Assembly (NCBI GenBank): GCA_965644295.1
Contig: CBFFRP010000291.1
Coordinates: forward strand, 124,001 to 188,000
DNA: 64,000 nucleotides
Direction of reading: 5' to 3'
Source: Paraphysomonas bandaiensis
Lineage: Eukaryota > Protista > Chrysophyceae
Below are positions 12,686-24,700 of this stretch, piece after piece (position 1 is the first letter of the stretch; each line of letters starts with the position of its first letter). The notes under the pieces were generated by a model that saw nothing but the letters and a program-made list of their open reading frames with translations, did not search any database and was not told where the DNA came from. The translations under genes were made by a program, and so were the position numbers.

Positions 12686-13455
12686 ATGCCACCACATGGA
12701 CCAGGGATGTCAGGAGCCACTCACTCTCATGATCCTGGTAAGATATACATATCTATACGTGGAATCATGTGACTGCTATGGCAGAGTATCCTGATGATGA
12801 ATGGAATCTATATACTCAATTAGATCCAGAGAGTACAACTGCATTGAATTGTACTCAACCATCAGATGCACTTGGAATATTTAAGGTATACTCACTGTAT
12901 ACTGCCTCCTATGTATGGATATGTATGTATATACGTGTATGTATGTCAGTAGCTTATGCCTAATATATTGACCAGCCAAGTGCATTAAGACACGATCCAA
13001 ATCCTACTCTTTATAGCGATGCAGATGAAGAACTTATGGTCATTGCTAAATTCGTTTCCCCGGTGCATGTTCGCAAAATCTGTATTATAGGAGGCGGCTC
13101 GAGTGACTCCCAGCACCCGAATGTCGTTAAATGTTATGTGAATCGTGATGGAATAGACTTCACCGAAGTTCAGGAAATGAGACCAACCCAGGAATTCAAT
13201 CTGCCTATCAACACAGACGGTTCTGTTGAGCTCATACCAGCAGTACATCCTTTCAGTAACATTATGTCTCTTGCATTCTTCTTTCCCTCCAATCACGGCG
13301 ATGACTGTACGGCTGTACAGTACATAGGCCTGCAGGGGGAACATACTCACTACAGAAGGGAAGCGGTGAACACAACCTACGAGGTGTTGTGTACTGGAGA
13401 AGACGTTCAGCAGCCCACAAATCCTCTTGCAGGAAAATCAGACCACCTCCATTGA
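12686..13455 (+). CDS. PITHD1: PITH domain-containing protein 1
   Basis: Three exons give MPPHGP…HSHDPEYPDDEWNLYTQLD…ALN…IFK|P…SDADEELMVIAKFVSPVHVRKI…YVNRDGIDF…PTQEF…YIGLQGE…RREAVNTTYE, the PITHD1 pattern. Confidence 0.85.
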
Positions 13456-14026
13456 TGATGTATTACATAGAATTTTGCTTCATTGTTTTGGAAATTTAAT
13501 GGAAAAGTAATATTCATATCTTATGTTGAAATAAAAGAGTTGCCATCTACTTACCTTTTTCCATAACCCATAACAGAATTTTAACAAGTATAATAAAGTT
13601 CTACATCTCAATTATCAATAAATATAGATTTGTAGAAGTGAGATTAGAGTGGTGCTCCTCTCATGTTACACACACTATATACTATATAAAGTAGGAGCGT
13701 ACGGCAGTTAATTGCTACTCATACATTTTTCATTTACTATGTGATTTCTAAGTCATCATGCTGGTATTGAAAGTACTAATCTACTCCAGAAAAATATTTA
13801 GTATATTTTGCTGTAGTTCTCACACCTATCCTAAGTCAAGCTATGTAACAATACCACCTTATTCTCTGCAATTAACCATATCTATATCAAGGAAAACGTT
13901 CACATAATAGATAATCGATACTACTATTAAATATTTAGCGAATAGAAATTTCCCAAGACTTCAAAGAAAAGTGTCTATTCACATTCTTAAGCGATAGCAG
14001 ACGTCATTTTATTCGGTCTATATAAA

Positions 14027-15519
14027 TTAAACAGAACCATTCTGACTAACTGCGGTATACGGCGACCGCATTTGTAGCTGGATTTCCATAGTCTCTTCTG
14101 GTGAACTGCCATCATCATATCCCCCCCGAATGGGTGACAAAGCTGTCATTTCTCTACTCACCAATGCGTGAGTAGATGCAGCTGGATCTTCCTCATCGTC
14201 TCCAAATGCACGGGAAAACCTATTCACTTTGCCGCTGAAGAATGGACATCTGACCCAATCAGTAGTCGGGCGTTTCTCTCGAATGACGCAGAAGTAAAAT
14301 AACATGGCGCCCACGAATAGGCAAAGGGGTATGAACAAACTCAAAAGAACCGTTCTAGCTGTGGTGCTAGACGACGTATCCTCAGATTTGGTGTATGTGA
14401 CAGCCTTTGACTGGCATACATACTGGTGCTCCTCCTCACAGGGAGTATTCACCCACAGTCCCTCAGATGTAAGGGATACACAATGCTCTAATCCGGTGGG
14501 ATACATCGGATACCCTTCCACCCAGGGTGCATATGACGAAACCTCCTCTTCGGAATGAATCCACCTAAATTCACCATCCTTGTCTTCTCTTAAACCAATA
14601 AACAAACCACTTTCTGAATCCCAAGAGAGGTCATCGTACGTGGCCAGCCAGTCAACAAGGCTAGACGTCAGCTCAACCGAAACTGGAGTGGCTAGCCAGC
14701 CCCCGTCGGATGCGCAGGATGAATTTGCCGCTTCCCAAGTCATTGGAACATTGCCAAGTGAATAACATCCCCCCTGTGCCCAATAAAACCCACGGGTACA
14801 CAGAGGAGTTGGCGCAGGAGTAGGTTGGTGTGTGTAATGGAATTGGGATGGCCTTGGGGTTGGGTATGGTGTTGGGCGTATGGTTGGAATAGCTGAGACA
14901 GGATCTGTCTCACATATATAACGGAGCTGTGTGTCACAGTAGTAGTTGTACCACCCCCCTTTCTTGTTGGTCATCAACACACAGTTGTCTGTTCCAGTTA
15001 TTACAGACGGGGCCCCTTCTACCCAGTTGGTGTACTCAGAGCCACGAGCGGGTGCATACATCCACCTATACAACATCAAAAAAATACAAAGTACAATAAC
15101 CGCTACTTACTCAAATACGTAATCAGACAGATCATAGCGATAAAGTCCGATGTATGGGCCATCGAACCAGGCATCCCATACATAGTACTCGCTCACCCAT
15201 TCATACAGACTATCACTCTCAGACTGAGTTTCTATGGCCACCAACCACCCATTCAAAGCGTGACAGGATCTATTGGCAGAATACCTGCACAAAAAAGTAA
15301 ACATATGAAAGAAAGGAAGATATATCCATACATGAGTGCCACATCATCACTTAAGTAGTAACACGAGTCCCCTACAGAAGTATAGGGCGATGGGCAGAAT
15401 AAACTATCGGTACTATCAGCTGAATCCTGAGAGTCTATAAGCAAGGTGGTATCTTGGTCCACGCTGATAGATGAGACACCGACTAGGCAGCCCAGGAATA
15501 TATATATAACAGAGTGCAT
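14027..15519 (-). CDS. Type I membrane protein with tandem C-type lectin domains
   Basis: Signal peptide, two CTLDs (CY…C…G.LV/LA…(Y/F)IGL…W…Y..W..G.P…NC/HCV…W….C…YICE/YVCQ) joined by a Pro/Thr linker, TM helix VLLSLFIPLCLFVGAMLFYFCVI and a cytoplasmic tail; two introns. Confidence 0.85.
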
Positions 15520-16123
15520 GGATTAATAAATGAACACAAATCAAACACTACTCTCTCTCTCTATATATATATGTATATATGTTACTTTGATTGGAGCATA
15601 TACAATTTGAACGTATAAAGCAATAATGATATATTGGCCAGGAAGGATATCGCTGTTGTCTTGTCGAGTATGATGTTAATGGAATGAATGAACTTCTCCA
15701 ATACAAGCAACCATGTCTATATATACATACCACTCCATATATATATACATACACAGCAGTGCCGAGATATGAATACCCGGGCCAAAGTATACCCCCCTAT
15801 ATTGAACCGTAATGTATGAGGTTTTCAAATACTTTATGTTTTTTTTATATAAAACCATGATTTTAAGATATATTTTGGAGTATTTTTACATTTACAATAT
15901 CTGCTACTGTGTACTTCTATGTATACCGTATAGCTTATACGTGTGTTGTAGGTTGTAGGTATACATCTGTATACAGATACTGTATATAGGCAAGATAGTG
16001 GCTGTATGGTACAGTGCAGTGTATGATATGAGCGAGTAGTTGCTGGTACATGTATGTATGTATCATGATTATATCACAGTCACACCCCACTTGCTCACCC
16101 CCCCGTCTGACATACTCACTAAT

Positions 16124-17146
16124 ATGGGTCAGCGACTCTGTACGGGTCCAGGGAAGCAAAGATCAGCCTCTGATGGGTCAGATAGAGGGTGTCATCACGA
16201 TGACGGCACCTCTCAGTTGATTGTTACGCCTCCAGAAGTATCAGATAAGCAGCACGTGTTAGGGACAAGCCCCCCTCCTTCACCCTCCTCTAGTACACCT
16301 AATCAATCCCTTGATACACATCCTATTACAAGTGTTAATACGGATGATAGTATAAGTGATCAGAATACTGAAGAGGATTTAAGTGACTACACGGCGGTAT
16401 CTCCACCGCACATCACTCCTGCTGAGAAATGTATATTTTCAGAGAATGAAAACACAGTTCATGTCAAACTAATGCCCCATAAACATACGCTATTTTGTGA
16501 AAGAAAGGAACGCGTATGCACAGCTGTGGGTAAAGTACAAGAACGTGAAATGCTGAAAGTAAAAGGGCTAGATGAGGACGCCTCTATAGAAGGGTGCTAT
16601 TGGATACGTTCTGCGGTTGGAGACAGTAAGGCTGGTTACGAGTTTATTCCCGAGTCGGAAGGACTGGACAGATATACTCTGGCATCTGAAGATGCCGGTC
16701 GCTACATATCCTTCCAGCAGACTTATGTGCATCCAGAAAAAGGAGTATCAGTAGCACGCGCGGTGAACTCACTCGGCCCAGTGCTTCCTGGACCGCCTCG
16801 TTTATTAGACCTCAAGATAACGGGCAGTACTAGATGTGGAGGACGGGTCTTTGCTGAAGCAGAATATATAGGCGGTACGCAGGGCCCATCAGAGTATTGG
16901 TGGTTCAAAATCAGATCCGGGAAGCGGGTTCAGCTAGGAGAGCCGCGGGCAATAGATAGCAGCACAGGAGATTTGAACTTTAGAGACAATCCTGCATCGG
17001 ATGATCCCAGGGTATTGGAGATAGGTGAAAATGATGAGGGGTGTGTACTTAAGGTTAAGTGTCGACCTGTTCGCGAGGACGGGTATAAGGGAGAGGTTTT
17101 TACCTCGAAACCATCTGCTGTTATAACAGGGAAAGAAATAAGTTAG
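16124..17146 (+). CDS. Protein with AIR9-type (A9) Ig-like domains
   Basis: YTLASEDAGRYISF and PPRLLDLKITG…G…AEAEYIGGTQGPSEYWWF…DEGCVLKVKCRPVREDG..GE match A9 repeats of the microtubule-associated protein AIR9. Likely start MGQRLC at 16124 (acylation motif). Confidence 0.7.
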   Translation: MGQRLCTGPGKQRSASDGSDRGCHHDDGTSQLIVTPPEVSDKQHVLGTSPPPSPSSSTPNQSLDTHPITSVNTDDSISDQNTEEDLSDYTAVSPPHITPAEKCIFSENENTVHVKLMPHKHTLFCERKERVCTAVGKVQEREMLKVKGLDEDASIEGCYWIRSAVGDSKAGYEFIPESEGLDRYTLASEDAGRYISFQQTYVHPEKGVSVARAVNSLGPVLPGPPRLLDLKITGSTRCGGRVFAEAEYIGGTQGPSEYWWFKIRSGKRVQLGEPRAIDSSTGDLNFRDNPASDDPRVLEIGENDEGCVLKVKCRPVREDGYKGEVFTSKPSAVITGKEIS

Positions 17147-18123
17147 CTTACGCAGTTCTTATGTCACTACCTCTCCAGGTCATTCGTGATGTTGCCTGCG
17201 TATTTTCTGTAGAGCAGGGTAACATTGCAACGCCGCGCTACTGCTTTTTGTGTTTTCTAGGTTGTGCTGTGGTATATGCTTGTTGGTATATATTTCTATT
17301 TCCCATATCTATGTCTAGTCAATTTCGTGTTGAGTGAGACTAATTAATTAATTGATTGCATCTCAGACGGCAACACTCAGTGGTTAGGGCATTTCGTGTT
17401 CGTTTTATAAACGAACTTCATAATTCGTTTCGCTCATGTTCATAGTGTTGTGGTACAATATATTGAAATAGCCCTGATATGAACTAGTTCAACCGCTTTT
17501 ATATTATTTTATAAAGTTTTCTGTCTCATAGTTTGTTCCTCAAGTACTGAAGAAAATCACCATATACATATATGTTCAGCTGTTCTGTTAGCTATAGATA
17601 CAATTTAGAATTTAGAACAGCCTAACGCTACCGTGTTAAGATTTTCAGTCTATGCTGAGATTATAATTAGAATCAATTATATCTCATATCATTCATCAAC
17701 TTCATGCTATCTCTACCCATTTCTCGTACGATCTTACTTCATCACTGTGACTTGTTCACCATATTTCGTTTCACTACATTATACTATATACTTATAGTCA
17801 TTTATACTGATAGTACGATTAACAACAACTGTATACTACTCATAACGGTTATAATTTAAATACCTTATAACTACAGCTTTTACTTGCTCTCATATAGCAG
17901 AACTCAACAGGGATATCTGATTTATCGTACTACAAAATATTTACTGTACTTTGCGCTGACATCATCTGAATTTTCTTTATTCTTAGATCCTTCCCTGCGC
18001 ATTTATAAATGAGTAGAAGGTTTCACATAGATATGTGTTACGTTCTAGTAATATTCCTACACTTTCTTGTTTCGGTCTTCAAGTAAACTACATATATTCT
18101 ATCTTATGAATACCCAACTACTT

Positions 18124-18326
18124 GTTTTCGACTTCAACAAATGGAACTGTGACGCCTCAACGCTTGTGTTTTCGCTATGAAGCAAGGGAGATAAAGTTGT
18201 GGGGGTAGCTTCGGATGAGCACATGTTCGCCAATGATGATGGCGCGAAGCTACCCTGACATCTTTATCTTCCTGGCAAAAACACGAAAGTAGAGGCGTTG
18301 CAGTTCCATTTGCACAAGTCGAAAAC
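18124..18326 (+). ncRNA. Long imperfect hairpin (candidate pre-miRNA/structured RNA or foldback element)
   Basis: Arm 18124-18213 pairs with arm 18245-18326 (e.g. GTTTTCGACTT/AAGTCGAAAAC, GGAACTGTGACGCCTC/GAGGCGTTGCAGTTCC, GGGTAGCTTCG/CGAAGCTACCC), with several G:U pairs on the + strand. Confidence 0.5.
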
Positions 18327-18938
18327 TTACATTTACGACATTAGCGGGCATTAACAAGCTTTATCCCTGGCCTCAGTCGTCGGAACCGGGGCACTGACAA
18401 CTAAATTCTCTCTTCTTATGAAGTTTTCTACTGTCCTCATGTCAACCAATTCAAATTGAAGATTCAGTTTCCCTCTCGTCTTTGCTGTGGTTTAAAATGT
18501 TCCTGGCAGCATTTGTTGGAGCCCAGATTTCGGAACTTCCATTTGTCTTATCGTCTCTTGAGTAATGTCGACAACCAGCCATCAGCATCGTCAGCATTGC
18601 AACCATGTGGCCTTCCCATCTGCAGTACAATGTCTCCCGAAATGCTTGTATAGATTACAGCGACGTATAAGACCTATTCTAGTAGTAATTGGATCAGTTC
18701 ATTGGCTGCCTTGACCATCACCACATCGCAGAGTCTTATTTCACAGAGTGGTCAATACACACACGTGTGAATTCACTTGAAATCTTTGTGTCTGATATAT
18801 TTATTGAGAGGAGGCATTTGTTAGTGTTCAGGTGATTTTATATTGATATTGTGGGTAGAACAACACTGTGGAATGTTCCATACATACTGATCGTTAAGAT
18901 ACTGCAGTGGCTGTATGTTGATTGGGGGGGATGTGCCC

Positions 18939-19089
18939 GTATATCGGCAGTCAGCATCTTATTATTCGGAAATAAATTGAAGCAAATATTCTCTATATTA
19001 CATCAATACAACTACGGCTGGAATACAGATAATTGTTGTCTCAATATTAGAGGCATATTTGAACAAAAATATACGAAGAATGACGATAC
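18939..19089 (+). mobile_element. MITE family A (~150 bp), copy 1
   Basis: Homologous to 44444-44582 and 52982-53136; ends resemble GTATCGGCA…TGCCGATAC. Confidence 0.65.
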
Positions 19090-19458
19090 GGCCGGCTGTG
19101 TACATATGGAGCCCACCACCCCCTATTTCCAACATAAAAATATCACATATTGTACATATAAAAACAGAAAAATGGGAAAACAAGGGTTTTGAGAGGGTGC
19201 CCCGATGCTGTTTTTGTATATAGCGGAGTACTGTACTGCTGTAGTGTATATACCGTATATGTATGTGTACATGCTCCCAGTATGACTATATGGTGATCTG
19301 CTGCTGGTGAGTATATGAACTGTTATGAGGGGGGTGTTAAAGCCGCACATTTCTACACACAGCATACATATACACACATTAGCATCAATATAACACTCAC
19401 AAGAGAACAAATAGTTTCATTATACCATACAGTTACTCTATCCAATTGCTCTGATTCA

Positions 19459-20805
19459 ATGTCGTGCATTAGAAAAGTTTCTCTTCGAACTAGCCTGCGT
19501 ATGCAAGCCGCTAGATACATGCAAACAGCCCCCACAGATAGTGCAGTGGGTGGAGGATATATGCAAACTGGCTGGCGCAAAAGAGCCTCTCAACCAAAAG
19601 TATTAGTAACTGGTGCTGCCGGACAAGTAGGCTTAGAGATTGTTCCATAGTAAGTGTGTGTTTTGTGTTGCTGTTATCGTATTATTTATTTATATTTCAG
19701 TTTAAGACAACATTTCGGTAATGAACATGTGATTGCTTCTGATGTCAGAAGCCCCCCTGCCGCAGTGCTTGATAATGGCCCTTTTCAATATATTGACGTA
19801 CTTGAGAGCACTCAGTTATCTCGTTTAATAGTGGAGGAAAATGTTGGTACTGTGGTTCACTTGGCAGCCATACTGAGCGCAACTGGTGAGAAGTACCCCG
19901 AATTAGCTCTCAAGATTAATAATGTGGGCACTCAAAATGTTCTGGAGATTGCTAGACACAACAAAATGAAAGTATTTTGCCCCTCTACGATTGCTGTATT
20001 CGGTCCATCAACCCCACGTGATAACACGCCTGTGGACTGTGTCATGCGTCCAACCACCATGTATGGCGTAACTAAGGTCTACGCTGAACTCCTTGGAGAG
20101 TACTATCATAGCAAGTACGGTGTTGACTACCGTTCTTTGCGTTATCCTGGCGTGATTGGTAGCGGTGCCCCTGGTGGAGGTAGGGTGTACCTGATTCGGT
20201 AGATAGCAGAGTGTTCTTTATGTAATTCCGTTATTCCAGGAACCACGGACTATGCTGTAGAAATCTATTATGAAGCCCTTCGTAATGGCTCGTATACATG
20301 CTTCTTGTCGGAGGACACTGCTCTACCTATGATGTACATGCCTGACCTTCTCAAGGGCACTCTTGGTATGTGGAGTACGATTTGCAAATATCATTAGAGT
20401 AGTTGAAAACAAGAAATACTATAATACCGCCGTAACAGTATATATTATTGATCAGGCATGATCACAGCGGATAATTCTCGCCTCACAAGAAGAGTTTATA
20501 ACCTCAGCTCTATGAGCTTCACTCCTGTGCAGCTGGCTGCCTCGATTCGTCGTCGTCTTCCCCATTTTAAAATGGTGTGCAAACCCGACTTCCGACAAGC
20601 CATTGCGGATACGTGGCCAAGGTATAAATAAGTCTATTAGTCATTATATGGCTAACAACTACACAACAGATCTCTCGACTCGTCTGAGTCCGAGAAGGAC
20701 TGGGACTGGAAGCCCGATTATGGTCTTGACAAAATGACTGATGAAATTCTGGAGCACCTGGTTAAAACAAACAAGGAGTTTCAAGGTGTAAAACTTGAAA
20801 ACTAA
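19459..20805 (+). CDS. TDH: L-threonine 3-dehydrogenase, mitochondrial (extended SDR)
   Basis: Presequence-like N-terminus, [83 protein letters not shown]; four GT-AG introns. Confidence 0.93.
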
Positions 20806-21164
20806 GCACTAGAAACAACGCTATAGATATTAGGAAGTTGTTCAATATTCAACAGCTTATGATAGCTTATGATGGTCAACTTTCTGTATCATTACATTAT
20901 GATAATTGCCCCAATCCGAGGACTTACCTAGAATAGTTCTAGTGGGTCGGTAGCGAGTGCCATTTAAAAATCTTAGTTACATCATCATGCATGTATCATA
21001 TGCTATTTCGCATTTTATATTCGGGGTAAGTCAGTCCATTACGAGCTCCCCAAACAGCTAACACGACACATACCCATCAACAATTCCTTGTTGTCTTCTA
21101 CCCTACTGTGTGTTATGTAAGTAGCGTGTGTACCACTTCTTGACTGGTGTACCCTGTACCACCC

Positions 21165-21251
21165 CGGGGCCTGGTAACCATTATTGGCCCTTTAATGGTA
21201 GTACAGTTCCCGGCAATTATAATGACATTACCATTAGGTTACCAGGCCCTG
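21165..21251. mobile_element. Tiny hAT-like MITE (87 bp)
   Basis: TIRs CGGGGCCTGGTAACC…GGTTACCAGGCCCTG (14/15 match; CAGGG-type end). No clean TSD. Confidence 0.45.
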
Positions 21252-21701
21252 CTGTACTCTACATCCCTTGTTAGTAGCAGTACAAGAATTCAAATTACAA
21301 CGGCAATTCATAATATTGTGTATACATCACAACTGATAATTTCAATTTTAATAAAGCCTCGTATTAATCTTCCAGATAAAAATATAGTGGATTGCAATTA
21401 CTTATTGTTGCTTGCTACAACATTCGATTAATCTATGGACTATTGGTCATTTTCACACATTAGGATTATTGTTAAGAGAAGTGTATTGTTTATTGTAATC
21501 ACACATATAGACTTTTTTATTATATCGCACACACAATTGTGTATCGTCATGTAAAACATGTCAACAACATGATAATATATGTCATTCAAGTCAACCACTG
21601 CTCAACTTCCTTATCTTGAATCGCCATGATACAATACTTCATATCTTTGACTATGTATTCTACAGTACTACCTTAGAGAAACATACGTATTCCAACATAA
21701 T

Positions 21702-24700
21702 CTATCTTGCCTGCGCTACTCTCTTCGTAGGTCTCGTTGTATGACTCACTGTATTCGTTTGCAACCCCTTCACAAAATCGATTTCGTATTTCTCTGGCCT
21801 TCCAGGAAAAGAAATAACTGTCTTACTACTACCTGAACCGCTCCTATAGGTTGCATAGGCACACTCAATCGAGCCTTCGACAAGGCTCTCATACCTTGCC
21901 CATTGCCCACTGGATCCCAAAATATACCACTGGCCAGTAGAACTCAACGATATATCCACCAACGTACGAGAAATCAATCTCTTATAGCCGGTAGACATAT
22001 TAGTTTGTTTACTGTTAACAAAATTAATCTCGTAAAGTTGTGGTCTGTCATCTACGTATCTGACAATAGGTGGTGTTACAACAACCGTTGGCCCTCCGTT
22101 AAATCGCCAGTTTTCATAATAACTTTCCAGGAGTTCATTTATTTCATCCGTGTAAGGCTGCATCTTTACACCATCATCCCAATGCCATCGGTAAGGAGCT
22201 GCATACTCAACAGTAGATATTTTGTTTAACTCAATTGAATTGAGCTTCAAACCTCTGAAACCCATCTCTAGGTCATCAGTACTGACGTCGGCACTCGTAG
22301 TGTGACTTGGTAAAGTACGGATGACAAATTTCGGAGCTGAAGTGATTTCGCCAAAATTAATGACAAGTAGTGGGAAGCAATAAGAGTATGACCAGTCTAA
22401 AGGATTGTTCACCACAAAACAGAAACCTTGCCGGTGAGAAACGGCACTGGATTGAAGAATGTATGCAAGAATGAGACGACTGGATCCTTTCACATAACCG
22501 AGCGACACACTTGGATCCACACCGAAGTACTCTCCAGGGCCGTAAGCCTGCCCCGCCCGTCGCTTCGGATCAAATCCTGTATCACATATGGGGGCAATAG
22601 CATTCTCCGAAGTCCCATGCCATGCAAAAAACCCTTTATCTATATCACTCCCTTTTAAAACAGCACACTTAAATCTTTCATATGCTTGGCAGTTCCACGA
22701 AGGGCCAGGGTTTGGCACCATAGAAGTAATTGGGGGTAGATTGAGGGGCCAGTTCTCACGAGCGAAGTTTTCTGCTTTCGTAATCATATTTTCGATACAC
22801 TTCTCCATGTTGTCAAGGCAATTTAGCAGTACCTGATATTCTGAGCATGACAACCCCTGGTGTCTGCCCGTCCCGTCGAAAGCCACATCACAGTTTACGC
22901 ACACTGTTGAAGAGCACAAAGAACATACTTGAAGAGTATCAGCAAGTAGGAGGATTCCATTGCAGCCAACATTAGGACAAGGACGATAGCAGTATTTATT
23001 TTTGTTAGCAATTAGCTCTGCCTTTACAGCCTTAGAACACACATCGGAGAAGCTGTCAGCGGATAAGATACCTTTGATATCACGAATGTGTACAGGTGTT
23101 AAGCATTTTCCGCACTGCACCCCCGTAATGTCATCAGATACTCTCTGAACTAGACATCGAGCACAATAAGAATGACCGCAAATACTAAAATCAGAGCATG
23201 AAGTAGATTGTTTTCCGCAGTAGGCACACGTTTGAACCGTATTGCTCTGGTCTCCTCCAATTGACTCAATGAGGCTGTCAAGTAATGATGTCACCTCTTG
23301 TATAGTTTCTGGGGGAGTATCTTCAAAAAAGTGCGCAACAATGTGGCATGAAAGCAACCGGTGCTTTATCAAACACTGATCCTTCCACTGCACCTTTAAT
23401 TCCCTGAGTTTGGAGTCACCAACGTTACCCCGTTTAAAGAGGTTGTTTACAGAGGGAGTCATATAAAATGCTATATATCTCCCCTCGAATTTATCGTAGC
23501 ACTCAGCTATATAGTTCATGAGCTCTCCCTGCTGCCTTCTCTGGCCGTGAATTTCTCCTCGAGGGCCTGCCTCCCAGTCTAGGCGCAATCCAAGTGTATC
23601 TACTTTCTCTCTAAGACGAGTGCTCTTTGACAGCTCAGTATAAAATGCTTTCTGCTTTTCAGACGAACCCATGAGCACTATACTTGAAGTAATAGTCCGT
23701 ATTGCAGAAACGGCCTTTGAAATATCCGATGGTGCTCCATCCAGTACCTCCACTTTTGAGGCTTTGCCATTCTTACTAATTTTAAGAACAGATTTCACAG
23801 AAAATCGGGAATTTAACCTCTCTACTATCTGCCGTAAATCAGGAAATAACTCGGGGTATTTAATCTTGACCTCTCCTCTGCCAGATACACGACATGCACA
23901 TTTGAGAAGCTTTGATGCGAAAGTACTTCCCTGTTCATAGAAACGGTCCGCTGCTGAGCTATCAGAAAACACAAGTGATATCACACTTTTGAAAGGAGTG
24001 TCTTTGGAATGTGTAACCAGGAGTTCAGGTGAAACGTTTTTTTGAACAAGCTTGTTCTTCTTGTTTCTAAACATAACTTCGGTGGAAATTGGATTCGACT
24101 GGAAGTATGCAGTCAATTGAACATGTGCCATATCTCTATCCCTCTTTTCTGGGAATGATAAAAAAGCTTCATGTGTACTTGCACCTTCCACACTGACCAC
24201 TACCTTCACTTCAATGATCGACAATCCTTGACGCGACAAAAAAGTAGACAACCAATCTTTGTTGAAATGCCTCGGAAAGTTACGGCAATATATAGAAAAA
24301 CGCCCAGTATTTCTGACAACCAAGTTGGCCTGTAGAAGTCCAAGCGGAGTTAATGTCTTCTTGGTAAAGTCTAGGTCAACATCTGTCTCACTGATGAGAC
24401 TCAGTCGATTTCCAAAACTCGTGTCATTTTGAAGAAAATCATGAACGGCAGTTTCAGAAGTATCTCCAGAGTCATTAAGAATGTATTCAGCTCCTTTCTC
24501 AACAATATATTGAGCTACTTTCTCTGATGCAATAATGATGACTCCACTAAATGTCTCCCTGCCTTCGGTTTCATTATGAAATGCCCTTGCCCACTTAATT
24601 ACGCTCTTGGGTAAAGATTCCTCACCACCAAAAGTGTTTTTCAACCAGACTCGAAAGTCACTAGTTGATTTAATAGGGAGGTCACGAAACTTTATTCTCC

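Noticed and set aside
18214-18258. SECIS, C/D snoRNA or hammerhead reading of the hairpin loop (ATGA, TGATGA, CTGA)
   Set aside because: Spacing and pairing do not fit any of these models, and no UGA-containing ORF lies upstream.
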